33,160 bases of DNA. Source: Fonticula alba ATCC 38817. Taxonomy: Eukaryota > Protista > Nucleariida. The position numbers were made by a program, and so were the translations under genes. Positions 1 through 10,702 of the stretch are shown in pieces. Location: assembly GCA_000388065.2 (NCBI GenBank), contig KB932201.1. One strand, 5' to 3'. Numbering within the stretch: the stretch's first letter is position 1; the number at the start of each line of letters is the position of its first letter. Under the pieces are notes generated by a model. The model searched no databases and was not told the origin of the DNA. It saw only the letters and a program-made list of their open reading frames with translations.

Positions 1-123
1 TGTATGTGTTGCTGTATGTGTGGCTGTATGTGTGGCTGTATGTTTGGCTGCATAGCCGCCTGTAAGCCCGCTTGTATGCCCGCTTGTATGCGTGCTCGCG
101 TGTGTGGGTGTGTGGGTGTGTGT
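1..123. repeat. Degenerate tandem/low-complexity repeat upstream of the small Cys-rich gene
   Basis: Four copies of a 12-mer (consensus TGTATGTGTGGC) at 1-48, two copies of GCCCGCTTGTAT at 66-89, then a GT-rich tract to about 123. Confidence 0.85.
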
Positions 124-162
124 GTGCGCGCAGGTCCTCGCATCCAGGCACACACGCGACCG

Positions 163-169
163 TATAAAA
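163..169 (+). promoter_or_regulatory. TATA box of the 298-483 gene
   Basis: TATAAAA at 163-169, followed by a long CT-rich leader (about 181-290) and AAAATG at 295-300. A similar TATA-to-ATG spacing recurs at 26418/26532. Confidence 0.6.
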
Positions 170-297
170 GGATCCGAAGCTGTCTCCTCTACAGCAACTT
201 TCTACCCTCTCAAGCCCCTCTCTCTCTTTCTCTCCTGACTCTCGTCCCTCTGGCCCTCGTCGCGCCAGCTCTCTGGCTCCTCTTTCAGCACTGAAAA

Positions 298-483
298 ATG
301 CCCCCCAAGTCGTCTTTCTGCCCCCCCTGCATCCGCTGCGGCGGTAACTGCCCTCTCTGCACCAGCGGCCGGTGCACTCTCCGCAAGATCCCCGCTGCCG
401 GCTACGGCATTGATTGCTGCAGCACCCCCGGCGTGGTCACCCACGCCCCCCTCCCCCGTGCTCGGAACCCCAACGCCAAGTGA
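298..483 (+). CDS. Small (61 aa) cysteine-rich protein, putative metal-binding/metallothionein-like
   Basis: ORF MPPKSSFCPPCIRCGGNCPLCTSGRCTLRKIPAAGYGIDCCSTPG...NAK* has 8 Cys in the first 41 residues. It is preceded by a TATA box, a pyrimidine-rich leader and an A-rich start context. No family recognised with certainty. Confidence 0.6.
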   Translation: MPPKSSFCPPCIRCGGNCPLCTSGRCTLRKIPAAGYGIDCCSTPGVVTHAPLPRARNPNAK

Positions 484-1061
484 GTCCAGCACCGGCTCGG
501 CTTGAAGCGCAAGCCCCAATGCTGCTGGGCGCGGCTTCTGTCGGATCCAAGACATCCCCCAATATACTCCCCCTCTCAGCCAAGACCGAGGGTGCCTTTT
601 CGAATGTCTATTCCTTTTCTCCTCCCTGGGCGTTGGTGTGTGTGTCTGTGGGTGTGCGGCAAATGGGCTTTTGTGCGGTGATTGGGTGGCCTGGTGCAGC
701 TGGGGAAACTGGCCGGCGAGTATCGGCCATTCGATGGACCAGGCTGCCTCGGAGACGAAAGGCTAGGCGGATGCCCACCGGCGCAAGCCCTAGCCGCAGA
801 CATCCACCTAGGGGCGGACCCTCATCGATGATGAGAGGGACCGTAGCACGGCTGTTTGGGCCCTCCGCCGGGGGGAAATTCGCCAATGAGGCAGATGTAA
901 GCGGACGGGAGGGGAAAGCATGGGCTCACCCCGGAGCTTGGGACTCCGCCGCGAGGCCCAAGGCCAGTGAGTAGGCGGGCAAAGCCATGCCGGGCCTCGG
1001 ATAGGCCCAGTCCAAGGCGGGCCGAACAGAGGCCCCTCTCACGGGGACCCATCCCACCCGG

Positions 1062-1376
1062 GGGATTCCGGCGAGTGGGGCCGCAGGCACCGAATCGCTT
1101 GGACGACGTCCGGAAGAGCAGCCCAGAACCTGGTCATCATTCAGAATGGTCGCATTGGTGCAGTGCCCCAAGGCACTTGGGGTGCAAATGGCGCCTCCTG
1201 GCCGGGGAGACGTGTGCTCTTCCGATCTGGGATTCCGGCGAGTGGGGCCGCAGGCACCGAATCGCTTGGACGACGTCCGGAAGAGCAGCCCAGAACCTGG
1301 TCATCATTCAGAATGGTCGCATTGGTGCAGTGCCCCAAGGCACTTGGGGTGCAAATGGCGCCTCCTGGCCGGGGAG
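1062..1376. other. Artefactual 148-bp tandem duplication joined by Illumina TruSeq adapter
   Basis: 1062-1209 is repeated at 1229-1376. Positions 1208-1228 read AGACGTGTGCTCTTCCGATCT, the reverse complement of the TruSeq Read 1 adapter start (AG shared with copy 1). Confidence 0.97.
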
Positions 1377-2420
1377 CTTGCGGGCCTACCTCCCACTCCC
1401 GCCAGCCGGATATCAGACGCTCGGGAGGCTGCCCCTCCCCCCCTTCCCGGGAGGACCTTGTACCAAGAACCGCTGGCAGGCCCCGGAGAAATTGGTGCTC
1501 GCCCCCGGCACATTATGTGGTGGCCTGGTGGGATGGAGCTGTCCTGCGGCTGCTCGGGACCCCTGGATTGTGGGCGCATTGTCTGTCGGGTGGACGGGCC
1601 CGAGGCACAGGATGCATGGGCTTCGGTGGGGACGACCAGCTGTCCTGGTCATACAGGGAGGTGGGCTGCTGGCCGGTGTCCCGCTCCTCCGCCACCCCTT
1701 CGGGCAGCACCGCCCAGGCCGGGATACCGCTTGCCTGTTGGGGGCGGGGGGCCAGGCCCCGGCATTGTGTGGGCAGGGCTTTTCCCCTGGAACCTGGGGG
1801 GGGACCGTTTAATTGCACACTCACGCGCGCGCGCGTGTGCGCTTCTTGATGGACGCGTCATTTTCCCCCGAGGCTTGCCTCGGTCGCTGGCCGTGACCGT
1901 AGCTGTGATCGTCCCCCGAGCCGGGGCCCCAGGGGAACGGCGAACGAAGGGCACGCTGGAGGCGGGGCTGCCGGTCCCCGGCCCGAAGGCCTTGGCTTAA
2001 TGTGTCTGGCTATGGCTGCCCTCGGGGCTGGCCCGTCGGCCGTTGGACGCTGGCCCGCCGGCACGGCGGCACCCGGCCACCCGGCCACCCGAGTGCGGGC
2101 CCGGACCCACAGAGCGGGTCGGGGCGTCGACGCCCAACCAGAGCCGCACGGACCAGGGCCATGGGCGTAGCACCGGGCATTTATGAAGCCCAACGCAGCA
2201 GGCGCTGCCCCGCCGGCTGTGCTATCATCGCCCGTCCCCTGCCAAGCAGCTCCTCCTCCTTCCTCGGTCTCGCTCGTTGGAACCCGACGTTCATCTTGTG
2301 CCGTGCCAGCCACCCGCACCGGCCTCTGCCTTTGGTCACTGTGTACTCCAAGTGCCCACACTCCCACCAACTCCTCCGATACCCCCGTGCCCTTCGCGCC
2401 TGCAGCCCCGCCACCCAGCC

Positions 2421-5074
2421 ATGGAACACGCCAACACGACTCCCGAATGGCTGATCGACATCCTGATGCCAGCATGCAACGCCCTCGCCCGGGGCTGCAC
2501 CTTCCAAGTACGCACACTCGCCTGCATGCCGCAGCCCGTGGCCTCCAGGCCGGGCCCACCCGCCGCACCCCGCCACTCACATGCCCCCGGTTGGCCATCG
2601 GCAGCAACTGCTCGAAGGCGTGTGGAATAGCCTGCTCGACTCGCTGAAGCACGGCAAAAATGCCCTTGCCGCGCGCGAGGCCATCGTCTCGCGCATGCAG
2701 CTGCTCGGAATCCCGCAGGTACGCGCAAGTGCATCTCCACGCGGCGAAACGGGCCCAGAGTCCGAGAGCTGACAGCTTGCGCATCCCCCCAGGCCCGCGC
2801 GGAGGAGCTGGCCAAGGATGTTGTTGCCCGTCCGTTTGGCATTGTGTCGCTCCGGCCGCTGAACGCCAAGTTCCAGACCCTGCGTTTGGCAAACATCCCG
2901 GAGCGCTCGACCCCGGAGCCGGCCCAGGACGCCCCGCGCAAGTCGGCCCAACGCTCCGGCAACACGCTGTTTATCATCCCGGAGGCGCCGCCCCGGCCGC
3001 CAGTGTCCACCTGGCACCAGGCCAAGGCGGGCAGTACGTGCTCCTGGGCTGGAAATCGTGCCACCTCGCGCACACGCGCCCCGGCCGTGCCCGTCCCCGC
3101 TGACACCGACACACGCACCCACGCACACACTCACTGACACGCAAACACACACGTGCTTACACGCGGCCGAAGAGCCCTGCAACGCATACCTCATGGCGGG
3201 ATCGTGCGAGTACATGGACACCTGCCCATTCGACCACAGTATCAGGCTGGACCCTGAGGTGCCGGGCGTGCCTGGGAGCACCTCCCTGACGAATGTTTCG
3301 CCCGGTGCGTCGGTGCATTTGTCTACCTGGGGGTGGCATGCTTGCAATACGCCCGCTCAAGCGTGTAGGCAGGCACGCACAGGCATATTCAAGCGCAGAT
3401 ACAGCCACTGACCCGACCCGGGGGGACACAGACCCCTGTCATACCTACCTGGTCGAGGGATGGTGCCGCTTTGGGGACGGCTGCATGTATACACACTATA
3501 AGACGCTGCCAGCGGTGGCGGGTGAGCCGAATGCGAAGACCCCGCCGGCGGTGCCCCGGGCGACTGTGCCGGCAGCCGCGGTCGTCCCGCCGGGGTGTGC
3601 GACGCCGACGCCGCCGGCCGAGCCGGCACCCCCGAACATCTCGGCGCCTGGGGTGGTGTTGAAGGCGGCGGCGCCGGGCAACCCCAGCCCGCCGCCGGCC
3701 CCCCGGACCGCCCGGCGGCAAAAGTTCGTTCCGATCTCGGTCGTGCTGGCGCAGTCGCCGTGGGGTGCTCGCCCGGTGGCGCGGCCGTCGGAGGAGCAGA
3801 CACCCCAGCCGGCCCAGGCGCCGGTCCCGCCCTCCGACCAGCCCCACTACAGCACGGAGCCCGAGGCCGGTGACGGACAGGAAGGCCTCCAGGGGGAGGC
3901 CGTGGCGCCGGAGGCCCTGTCGCCGCTGGTTTCGGACTCGTCCGAGCAGGAGGCCGCCTCGCCGGGGCCCGGCCAGGAGGCCAGTCCCCCGCCGGCACCC
4001 GTCGACTTGGGGCCCTCCTTCACGCAGTTCATCCTGACGGCGCACCGTCGCGACAGCCCGGGGCAGTACCTGTGCGACACTTCGAGCCACATCGAGTACA
4101 TCCTGGGCATCATGGAGGAGCGTCGCTTTGAGGGGCTCATCCCCCCGCTGTCGGAGCAGGAGTTCGACTGGCGGTTCTCGCCGTCGACGGTGCAGGTGCT
4201 GTATACGAAGTGGCGAACCCCGGTGGACCTCATGCAGCAGAGCTACAACGATCTCTGCAACCAGGAACCCCTGGACGTGGAGGCCATGGATCGTGCCCGT
4301 CTGGAGTTGGTGCGTGCGCGCTGCGGCGTGTGTAGTTCCTCGGCCCCCCGCCTCTCCCACCCATCTCCCCTGGGGCGGGAGGGAGGGCGGGAGGGAAGCC
4401 AGCGAACCCTTCCTCTTCCGCCCCGCTTCACGTGCGAAGCTGTCCCGTTTGCGGGAGCCTGACCATGCCTTCTCCTCGACCACTGGGGCGGTCCGGCTGG
4501 CATCGTGTCCATGTGCCGGCCGTGCAGCGGCTCGCCCGGTGGCAGTCAGCCGAGCAGATCTTCAGGCATCGCAACAAGAAGCAGGGCCTCGAGTTGATCC
4601 TGGACAAGACTCCCCGGGTGGCGGACTTCCAGGGGCTCCACTTGACGGAGGGTGCGCACTATGGCCAACGGGCATGGGCAGAGGCAGGCCCGGGGGGTCC
4701 TTTGCCATGTGCTTCCGCTGGTTGTCTGACAAGCGTTCGACATGGGTCCCGGGGGTCGGGGCGACCGGCATGCGGGACTGGGTCCGCCGGCCGGGTTTAC
4801 CGCTGGCCCTACAGCCTTGGCTTACTTGGCCTTTGCCATCCAGCGACTGCAGCGGGTGGCCAACCATGCCGGGCGCTTCCAGCTCATGAACATCATCACC
4901 GGCTCGGCTCCGCTGTCGAAGTACAGCAAGGCTATCAAGCACGTCAATCGCATCCACATTGCCCTGGCCACGGATCTGCTGGCTCGCGACATTTACTTCC
5001 GGGAGGACCATAACCTGTCCTTCCTCTATCTCAGCTTCCGCGTGGAGCCACGCGAAGTGGCTGACGATGTCTAG
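2421..5074 (+). CDS. Tandem CCCH zinc-finger, DUF1771-like and Smr-domain protein (7 exons, about 622 aa)
   Basis: Exons 2421-2507, 2605-2718, 2793-3033, 3173-3304, 3399-4309, 4528(or 4546)-4651 and 4815-5074 total 1869 nt and stay in frame. All introns are GT..AG with GTRCGY donors; CTGAC branch-like sites at about 2769 and 3134. Two C-x8-C-x5-C-x3-H fingers (KPCNAYLMAGSCEYMDTCPFDH; DPCHTYLVEGWCRFGDGCMYTH), a Pro/Ala-rich linker, then SAEQIFRHRNKK...ADFQGLHLTEALAYL...MNIITGSAP, matching the Smr pattern (A..IF...N / DLHGL....A / IITG.G). An additional upstream exon cannot be excluded. Confidence 0.85.
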
Positions 5075-7740
5075 GCCGCTGGAGGGGGGGGGGGCGGGCG
5101 CCGGGGGGGGCGCACCCATGTAAGCTCCATGCGAATACACTACCTGCACGAGGATGGCGCTGGGCTTTTTACCTCGGGCGGGCTTGGTGGGGGGAGCCTT
5201 GGGCCGGGGATGATGGGCCCCGGAGCGGTCCCTGGCTGCCAAAGGGCGTGGTATGGGGAGGCACCATGGGTGCTGGACCGGCGGGAGGGCTGCACCACCA
5301 CCACCAGGGGCTGTGGCAGATAAACGGCGAGGCCGATTCCGCGCAAGGCGTCCGGTGGGTTACCATGGCTGTAGCTTTCGGCCTGGCCGCGTAGGGTGTT
5401 GTGCCAGGTGGGCGCCGGGAGACGAGGGGGCGCCCAGAGCACGAGGGACCGCGGCCATGGCCGACACCCGAGGGAGGGAGGCGTTCCCAGGTGGCGCTCG
5501 ACGCCGGGAGCATGGGAGGGGGCGGGCAAAGGCCTTCCCGTGCATTGGCTTCGGAGCATGGCGGCGGCCGAGCCCGGCGACCATGGCCCAGGCCGTGAGA
5601 CCATGAGTCCGAGCCACGGGGCCACTATCGATTGCGCGCCCGCGCGCAGGCCTGCTCGCTGTGCAGCTGGCTGTCTGCCTGCCCGGGAGCCCGGGGGTGG
5701 GCGCAGCCTGTGCCAGGGGAGAGGTGTCTCAAGTCGCTGGGGCAGTACATGGTGAGCCAGGATCGGGGCGCTAAGGGCGTATTTCGATTCGTGTTGTGGT
5801 TATGGTGCGCATTGGCTGACTATGGGCCAGGCATTGGTTTCCTTGCCATCGAGGGAGAAACAGAGAAAGGGTCAGAGAGCAAGAGAGAGGAAGAGCGGAA
5901 GACAGAGCGGGGGAGGGAACGGGAGAGGATGTGACAAAAGTGAGATGAAAGAACAATATTCGGAAGATCTCACAAAACATATTGTAAATATATATTGGGG
6001 AATTTTTGGATTTTGTGGTAAGTTTGAAATGAACGGCGCGACCATGTCACTTGTTCTGAAGATCGAGATTGTCCCTTTGCATTCTGGCCCCGATCCGACA
6101 CGGAGCCAGACGGGCAGGGCCCTTGTGAGGGCGCAGGGATCGGGATGGTGCGGGGGCGGTGGGCCTGCCTCCTCCTCCTCCTCGCCGGGATGTCCGCCCA
6201 GTATGGGCGAAGAGCGGATCGCCGCTTGGGGTTGGGCTGCACCGCTCGCGCGACTCGCGCCAGCCAGCGTGTCTTCCCGTGAGAGGTCCTCAGCCCGTCT
6301 CGCCGAGGCAAGGACACACCTATGATTGTGGGTGAGTTTGAGTGTGAATATCGATGCGTGTGCATGCTGCCATTGGTCAGAGTGTCGCTTGGCTGCTTCG
6401 GCGCATCCTCCTGGGGATGAGTGCGGCGGCGCGGGGCGGGACCCGTAGCAAGGGGGCCGGGGAGAAAGGGGGCCCTGCATGGCGTCGGCCGACCTCGTGC
6501 AGGTGTTTCCTCGGCGGTGTGCGTCCCGGCTGGGAGCGACCGCGAGCGGTCCTCGAGCGGGCGTGTCCCCAAGACCACAGACGTCACCTCGAGGCGTCAT
6601 GAGGGGCAAGGCGGGTAGTGGAAGACCTGCTGGGAGCCTCCCTGCGCGCGATCTGCGTGGGCGCCGAGGTTGCGCGACCGGCGCTGCTGGCCGGCCAGAT
6701 CGCCGGTGGCCAGCCAGCCCCTGGCAGCGCCTTGCCTGGCAAGCATGGCTACGTGGTCTCGGCTGCTCTTCGGTGGGGGGGGGAGCCGGGCCTGGTCCGG
6801 CGGATCGGCGTGGCCTCCGGCGGCCGGAGCTCCTGGTCTGCCCCAGCCAGCGCGGGAGCGCAATGCTCCCTCCGGCACCCGTCACACGCACGCGGTGCTT
6901 CGGGGCTCGAGGTGGCGTTGTGCTGCATCCCGGGGGGATCCGAAGACTTGGGGCCTTGTCGCTCTCTCGTGCGGGCTCTGTCTCGCTGCAGCCCCACACC
7001 CTCGGGGACCGATGGGCACAGTGCATGGCTGCCCCGTAGAGCACCCCCGAGCGGATTGCCACTTTCCGTCGTCCCTCCTGCGGGCTCGGGGGATTCCCAA
7101 AGGCCCTTAGGGCCTGATGAGCCGGCCGAAGGTGCAGCCCGTGCGACACCGAGCGGGGAATGCATCTGAAAGGGGGTGTCCCCGAAGCGCGGGGCATGGT
7201 GCCCTCCCCTGCGCACCTGACAGCCGGGCCATCGGCTGTCCGGTGGCGAGTAGCGGGCCGCGTGTGGATGCCCGGGCTGCACGGCCGGAACATGTGGAGG
7301 TCAGGGGCTGAAACGAACATGAGAAACATCTGGGACGGGGTGTATATTCCATGGGATTGTGCGGGCGTCAAGGCCCGAAGGGTAAGTCGTGCATGTGATG
7401 GCATCATTCTCGGACGGGGGATTCGGTGCCCGACGCCTGCTTGAGGCACATGGTTCGGGATGCTGTCCGACCCCCCCCCCCCCCCCCGGCCGGGGCAGCT
7501 TGTTGGTTGTGCCCGGGTTCGTGTGGCGGTGGTGGGCAGGATGCGGTCCGGCGAGTGGGAGGGATCCTGCTTGCCTCGCCATTTGGCAGCCTATCCTCGA
7601 GCCGTGCTCAGGCGGCCGGGGCCCGCCCCTTGGGAGACGAAGCCTCGCAGCAGGGTGGCCACACCGGTCGAGCGAGCTGCCGGCGGGCCCCCGGGGCCCC
7701 TCGAGCCGCGACAGATGGGCGGCCTTGTCGCCGGGGCGGG

Positions 7741-9048
7741 CTAGATGTACAGTTGCTCATGCTCGGACAGCAGGGACGAGGAGGAAATTTGGTTGCTCGA
7801 GGAGGACCCTCGCCGGCTGCTGGGCAGGGACTTCAAGGGGCTGGTGGTGGAGGAGGAGAAGGAATATTCCGAGAGCACTTGACGAAGGGAGAAGTGCGGC
7901 TTCCGGCCGCGAGCAATGACCATCGACGTGAGGGCCGACCCGAGCAAGGCCACGATGCCCAGCCCGACACTCAGGCCGATGACAAGCCCCCATTTGGGCT
8001 TTTCCTTGGGGCTGCCTGCTCTCGGGCGCGTGGGCCGGGGGATCGGGCGGGAAATCAAGGACCAGCCGTGGATGGCGACGTGGGGACGAGGGGTGTTAGT
8101 GGGCGTGTGCTCGTTTTCCATGTGCGGCATCTGGGGGCACCGCCGGGGCGTCGAGCGTTGGGGAAATTGGAAATGGGCCATGGTTCTGATATGCGGGGGG
8201 GGGGGGAGCGCACTTTCGGGGCTTTTCCGCGGGGGGATGCACTCATCGGCACTCGGGCCAGTGCAAGTTTCACAAGCCGCATGGCAGGGGGCGCAAATGG
8301 AGCCGGTGTCGGTGTGATCGGGGAAGAAGCCTTCCGGGCACTTTTCAACACACTCGGCCCCATGGAGCAGGAAGTAGCCTCTCATGCACCTGTCGCAGTG
8401 GTCGACCGCGCTCGAGGTCAAGGCGATGCTGTCGAGAGACTGGTCGGCAGGGCCGGCCACTGGGGCGTCACACACCTCGCATTTGTCCGGGCAGGACCGA
8501 CACCGAGTGCCCTCCTGCCGGGAGAAGGGCGGGCAGACACTGACGCAAGCATAGGCATCCACATGAAGGAGCCCGGTGCTGCATGAAAGGCATGCATCCA
8601 TGGACTTGCTGCAGGTGACGCAGGGGGCTTGGCAGGGGCTGCACATGCGGGCGCTTGCATTTTCGTAGTAGCCCTGGGGGCAATATCTGATGCATTCACT
8701 GTTGTGGAGGAAGTAGCCGGAATTGCAGGAGTGACAGCTCATCTGGCAGATGTTCGATGTGAACTGGCAGGAGGCGCACTCGGGTCCACAGTAGTCACAT
8801 CGGTTGGAGCAGGCGGAGTAGCTCCACATTGGCGGGCATGCGGCGCTGGTGGCGTCGGATGCATGCTTGGCCGTCTCCAGCCGTGCGATGGAAGCCGGAG
8901 GGGTCCCATCGCCCGAGGAGTCCGTGCTCGGGACAGGGGCTTGGCAAGTCGTGGCGAGCGTGGGGCCGAGGCATGCGGCGAGCAAGACCGCCCCGAGTGC
9001 TAGGCCGAAGGCCATGGCACTGGCGATCGAGCGACGGCGGGGCTCCAT
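7741..9048 (-). CDS. Type-I membrane protein with furin-like (FU) Cys-rich repeats, paralog 1
   Basis: Start at gccATGg (9048). Signal peptide MEPRRRSIASAMAFGLALGAVLLAACLGPTLA; Cys-rich region at 8838-8239 (CHSCNSGYFLHNSECIRYCPQGYY, CAPCHAACETCTGPSADEC); TM WGLVIGLSVGLGIVALLGSALTSMVIA; Ser-rich tail ending QLYI. Probable phase-1 intron 8213-8016 (GTGCGC..GCAG, 198 nt, no stop) gives about 369 aa spliced or 435 aa unspliced. Confidence 0.85.
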   Translation of the reverse strand: MEPRRRSIASAMAFGLALGAVLLAACLGPTLATTCQAPVPSTDSSGDGTPPASIARLETAKHASDATSAACPPMWSYSACSNRCDYCGPECASCQFTSNICQMSCHSCNSGYFLHNSECIRYCPQGYYENASARMCSPCQAPCVTCSKSMDACLSCSTGLLHVDAYACVSVCPPFSRQEGTRCRSCPDKCEVCDAPVAGPADQSLDSIALTSSAVDHCDRCMRGYFLLHGAECVEKCPEGFFPDHTDTGSICAPCHAACETCTGPSADECIPPRKSPESALPPPPHIRTMAHFQFPQRSTPRRCPQMPHMENEHTPTNTPRPHVAIHGWSLISRPIPRPTRPRAGSPKEKPKWGLVIGLSVGLGIVALLGSALTSMVIARGRKPHFSLRQVLSEYSFSSSTTSPLKSLPSSRRGSSSSNQISSSSLLSEHEQLYI

Positions 9049-9509
9049 GGCTGGGGATGGGCGTGCCGGGCGGCGGCGGCGGCGAGGTGCGGGGAGTCGA
9101 GGCGACGGGTGAGGGTTCGAGCGCTCGGGGGCCAACTGCGGGGAGTGGCCATCTGGCGGTTGGGGCGGCGAGGCATGGGGCGAGCGTTAGCGGGGAGGGA
9201 GGCCGAGGGCAGGCCCATCTGGCGGTCAGGAACAAGATAAGCCAAGGGGTGCTTGTCCCGGCGGGGGGATGCCGGAATGGAGGACCTTCGAGGGCCGGTC
9301 AGCGGGCGGCATGCTCCGAGACCGGGGAGGCATTTCCGGCCAGCGGGGGGGGGGGGGGGGAGGATGGTTCGTGGGCCCTTGCAACATGAGTGCCGAAGAG
9401 CAGCCGGATGCGCCGAGGGAACCGGCGGCTGGGCCCCGCGTCCGGCCGAAGGCCACTGGCCCCCGGGCCTTGGGCCGGGCCTTGTCTGGAAAGAGGGCGT
9501 GCACCGGGC

Positions 9510-9721
9510 CCGATGGTGCTTGGAGCTCGGGAGCAACCCCACCTGAAGGGAGGCCGCGCGGAGGTGATGTGCTTTGGCAGCGGGCATCCCCCCCCCTGTG
9601 GTCTGACACGACGCTCTTCCGATCTCCGATGGTGCTTGGAGCTCGGGAGCAACCCCACCTGAAGGGAGGCCGCGCGGAGGTGATGTGCTTTGGCAGCGGG
9701 CATCCCCCCCCCTGTGGTCTG
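9510..9721. other. Artefactual 96-bp tandem duplication joined by Illumina adapter
   Basis: 9510-9605 is repeated at 9626-9721. The insert at 9606-9625 is ACACGACGCTCTTCCGATCT, the 3' end of the TruSeq universal adapter. Confidence 0.97.
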
Positions 9722-9762
9722 GAGCTGTGAGTGGGTCATTTGGTGGTCTGGCTCGGAAATTG

Positions 9763-10037
9763 TGCCCGGCACCGAAACGACGACGCCCGAGGGCGAACAT
9801 GACCCCAGGCCTGCCCGAACGCATGCCAAAGGGGGGCGGGATTGCTTGGGTGCCCCATAGAGTGCCGGGTCTTTGTGTATTGCCGGAGCTAGATCGGAAG
9901 AGCACACGTTGCCCGGCACCGAAACGACGACGCCCGAGGGCGAACATGACCCCAGGCCTGCCCGAACGCATGCCAAAGGGGGGCGGGATTGCTTGGGTGC
10001 CCCATAGAGTGCCGGGTCTTTGTGTATTGCCGGAGCT
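9763..10037. other. Artefactual 128-bp tandem duplication joined by Illumina adapter
   Basis: 9763-9890 is repeated at 9910-10037. The insert at 9891-9909 is AGATCGGAAGAGCACACGT, the TruSeq Read 1 adapter start. Confidence 0.97.
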
Positions 10038-10702
10038 GCTTGAAAAGGGGTGCACTGGGGCTGGCGCCGGGGGACATCCCTGGACACATGGCCTGCACAC
10101 GACCGGCGGGTGCCGAGAGGCTGGGGAAGCCCCGAAACCTTGACCCCCCGTGTCCATCGAGAATAGCTGCTTGGAATGCCCGCTGGACGGGGGGGGGGTC
10201 TATTTTTCGGGCGAGCCCACCCTGATGATGATTTCCCCAGCCCCGCGCCTGGGTATGCGCTGTTACGGTGGAGGTGGCATGGGTGTGTCGGTCAAAGCAC
10301 CGGATACTCCCTTTGCCTGGGGAAAGAACCCTGGGCATGCGAAGGGGCAAGGAGTGTGTCTGCGTGTATATTCATGAGGGGATGATCATTCGGTGCTGTG
10401 GTATCGGGCATTGTGCAGGCGCCGCCGAGAGCCGCGGCCAAAGGCCCTTCGAGCAGGGGAGCATGGTCGGCTGTCTGGGAAGATGGCCGTCGGATGCTTT
10501 GCCAAGCTACCACCAAATGACTGTCCAAGGGTCCCGGAGGGCGGGGAATGGTGGCCTGGATGTCCGGCCGGCAATGGCCGGTGTGATGCGTCGGGGTCGG
10601 CATCCGGCGAGTCGGCGAGGCGATGGGCGCGGGCCGAGGCCAGGGCCTGAGCAGGCTCTCGCCGGGCCGGAGGGCGCTGGCGGGGCTTTTGGCGTCTCCG
10701 GC

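Noticed and set aside
4-294. 96-aa Cys/Met-rich ORF (MCCCMCGC...) as a metallothionein
   Set aside because: The Cys content comes from translating the TGT-rich tandem repeat, and the ORF runs through the TATA box and leader of the 298 gene.
761-805. Possible hairpin/pseudoknot GGCTAGG...CCTAGCC
   Set aside because: A 7-bp stem is expected by chance in GC-rich DNA, and there is no family resemblance.
1062-1376. Direct repeats with a spacer as a CRISPR-like array or mini-element (also 9510-10037)
   Set aside because: The spacers are exact Illumina adapter sequence and each array has only two copies.
3389-4483. 364-aa minus-strand ORF
   Set aside because: Antisense shadow of exon 5 of the CCCH-Smr gene; no motifs.
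5872-7449. 525-aa minus-strand ORF
   Set aside because: Arg/Pro/Ala low-complexity composition expected from high GC, no domain, and it ends in a CT-microsatellite-like tract.
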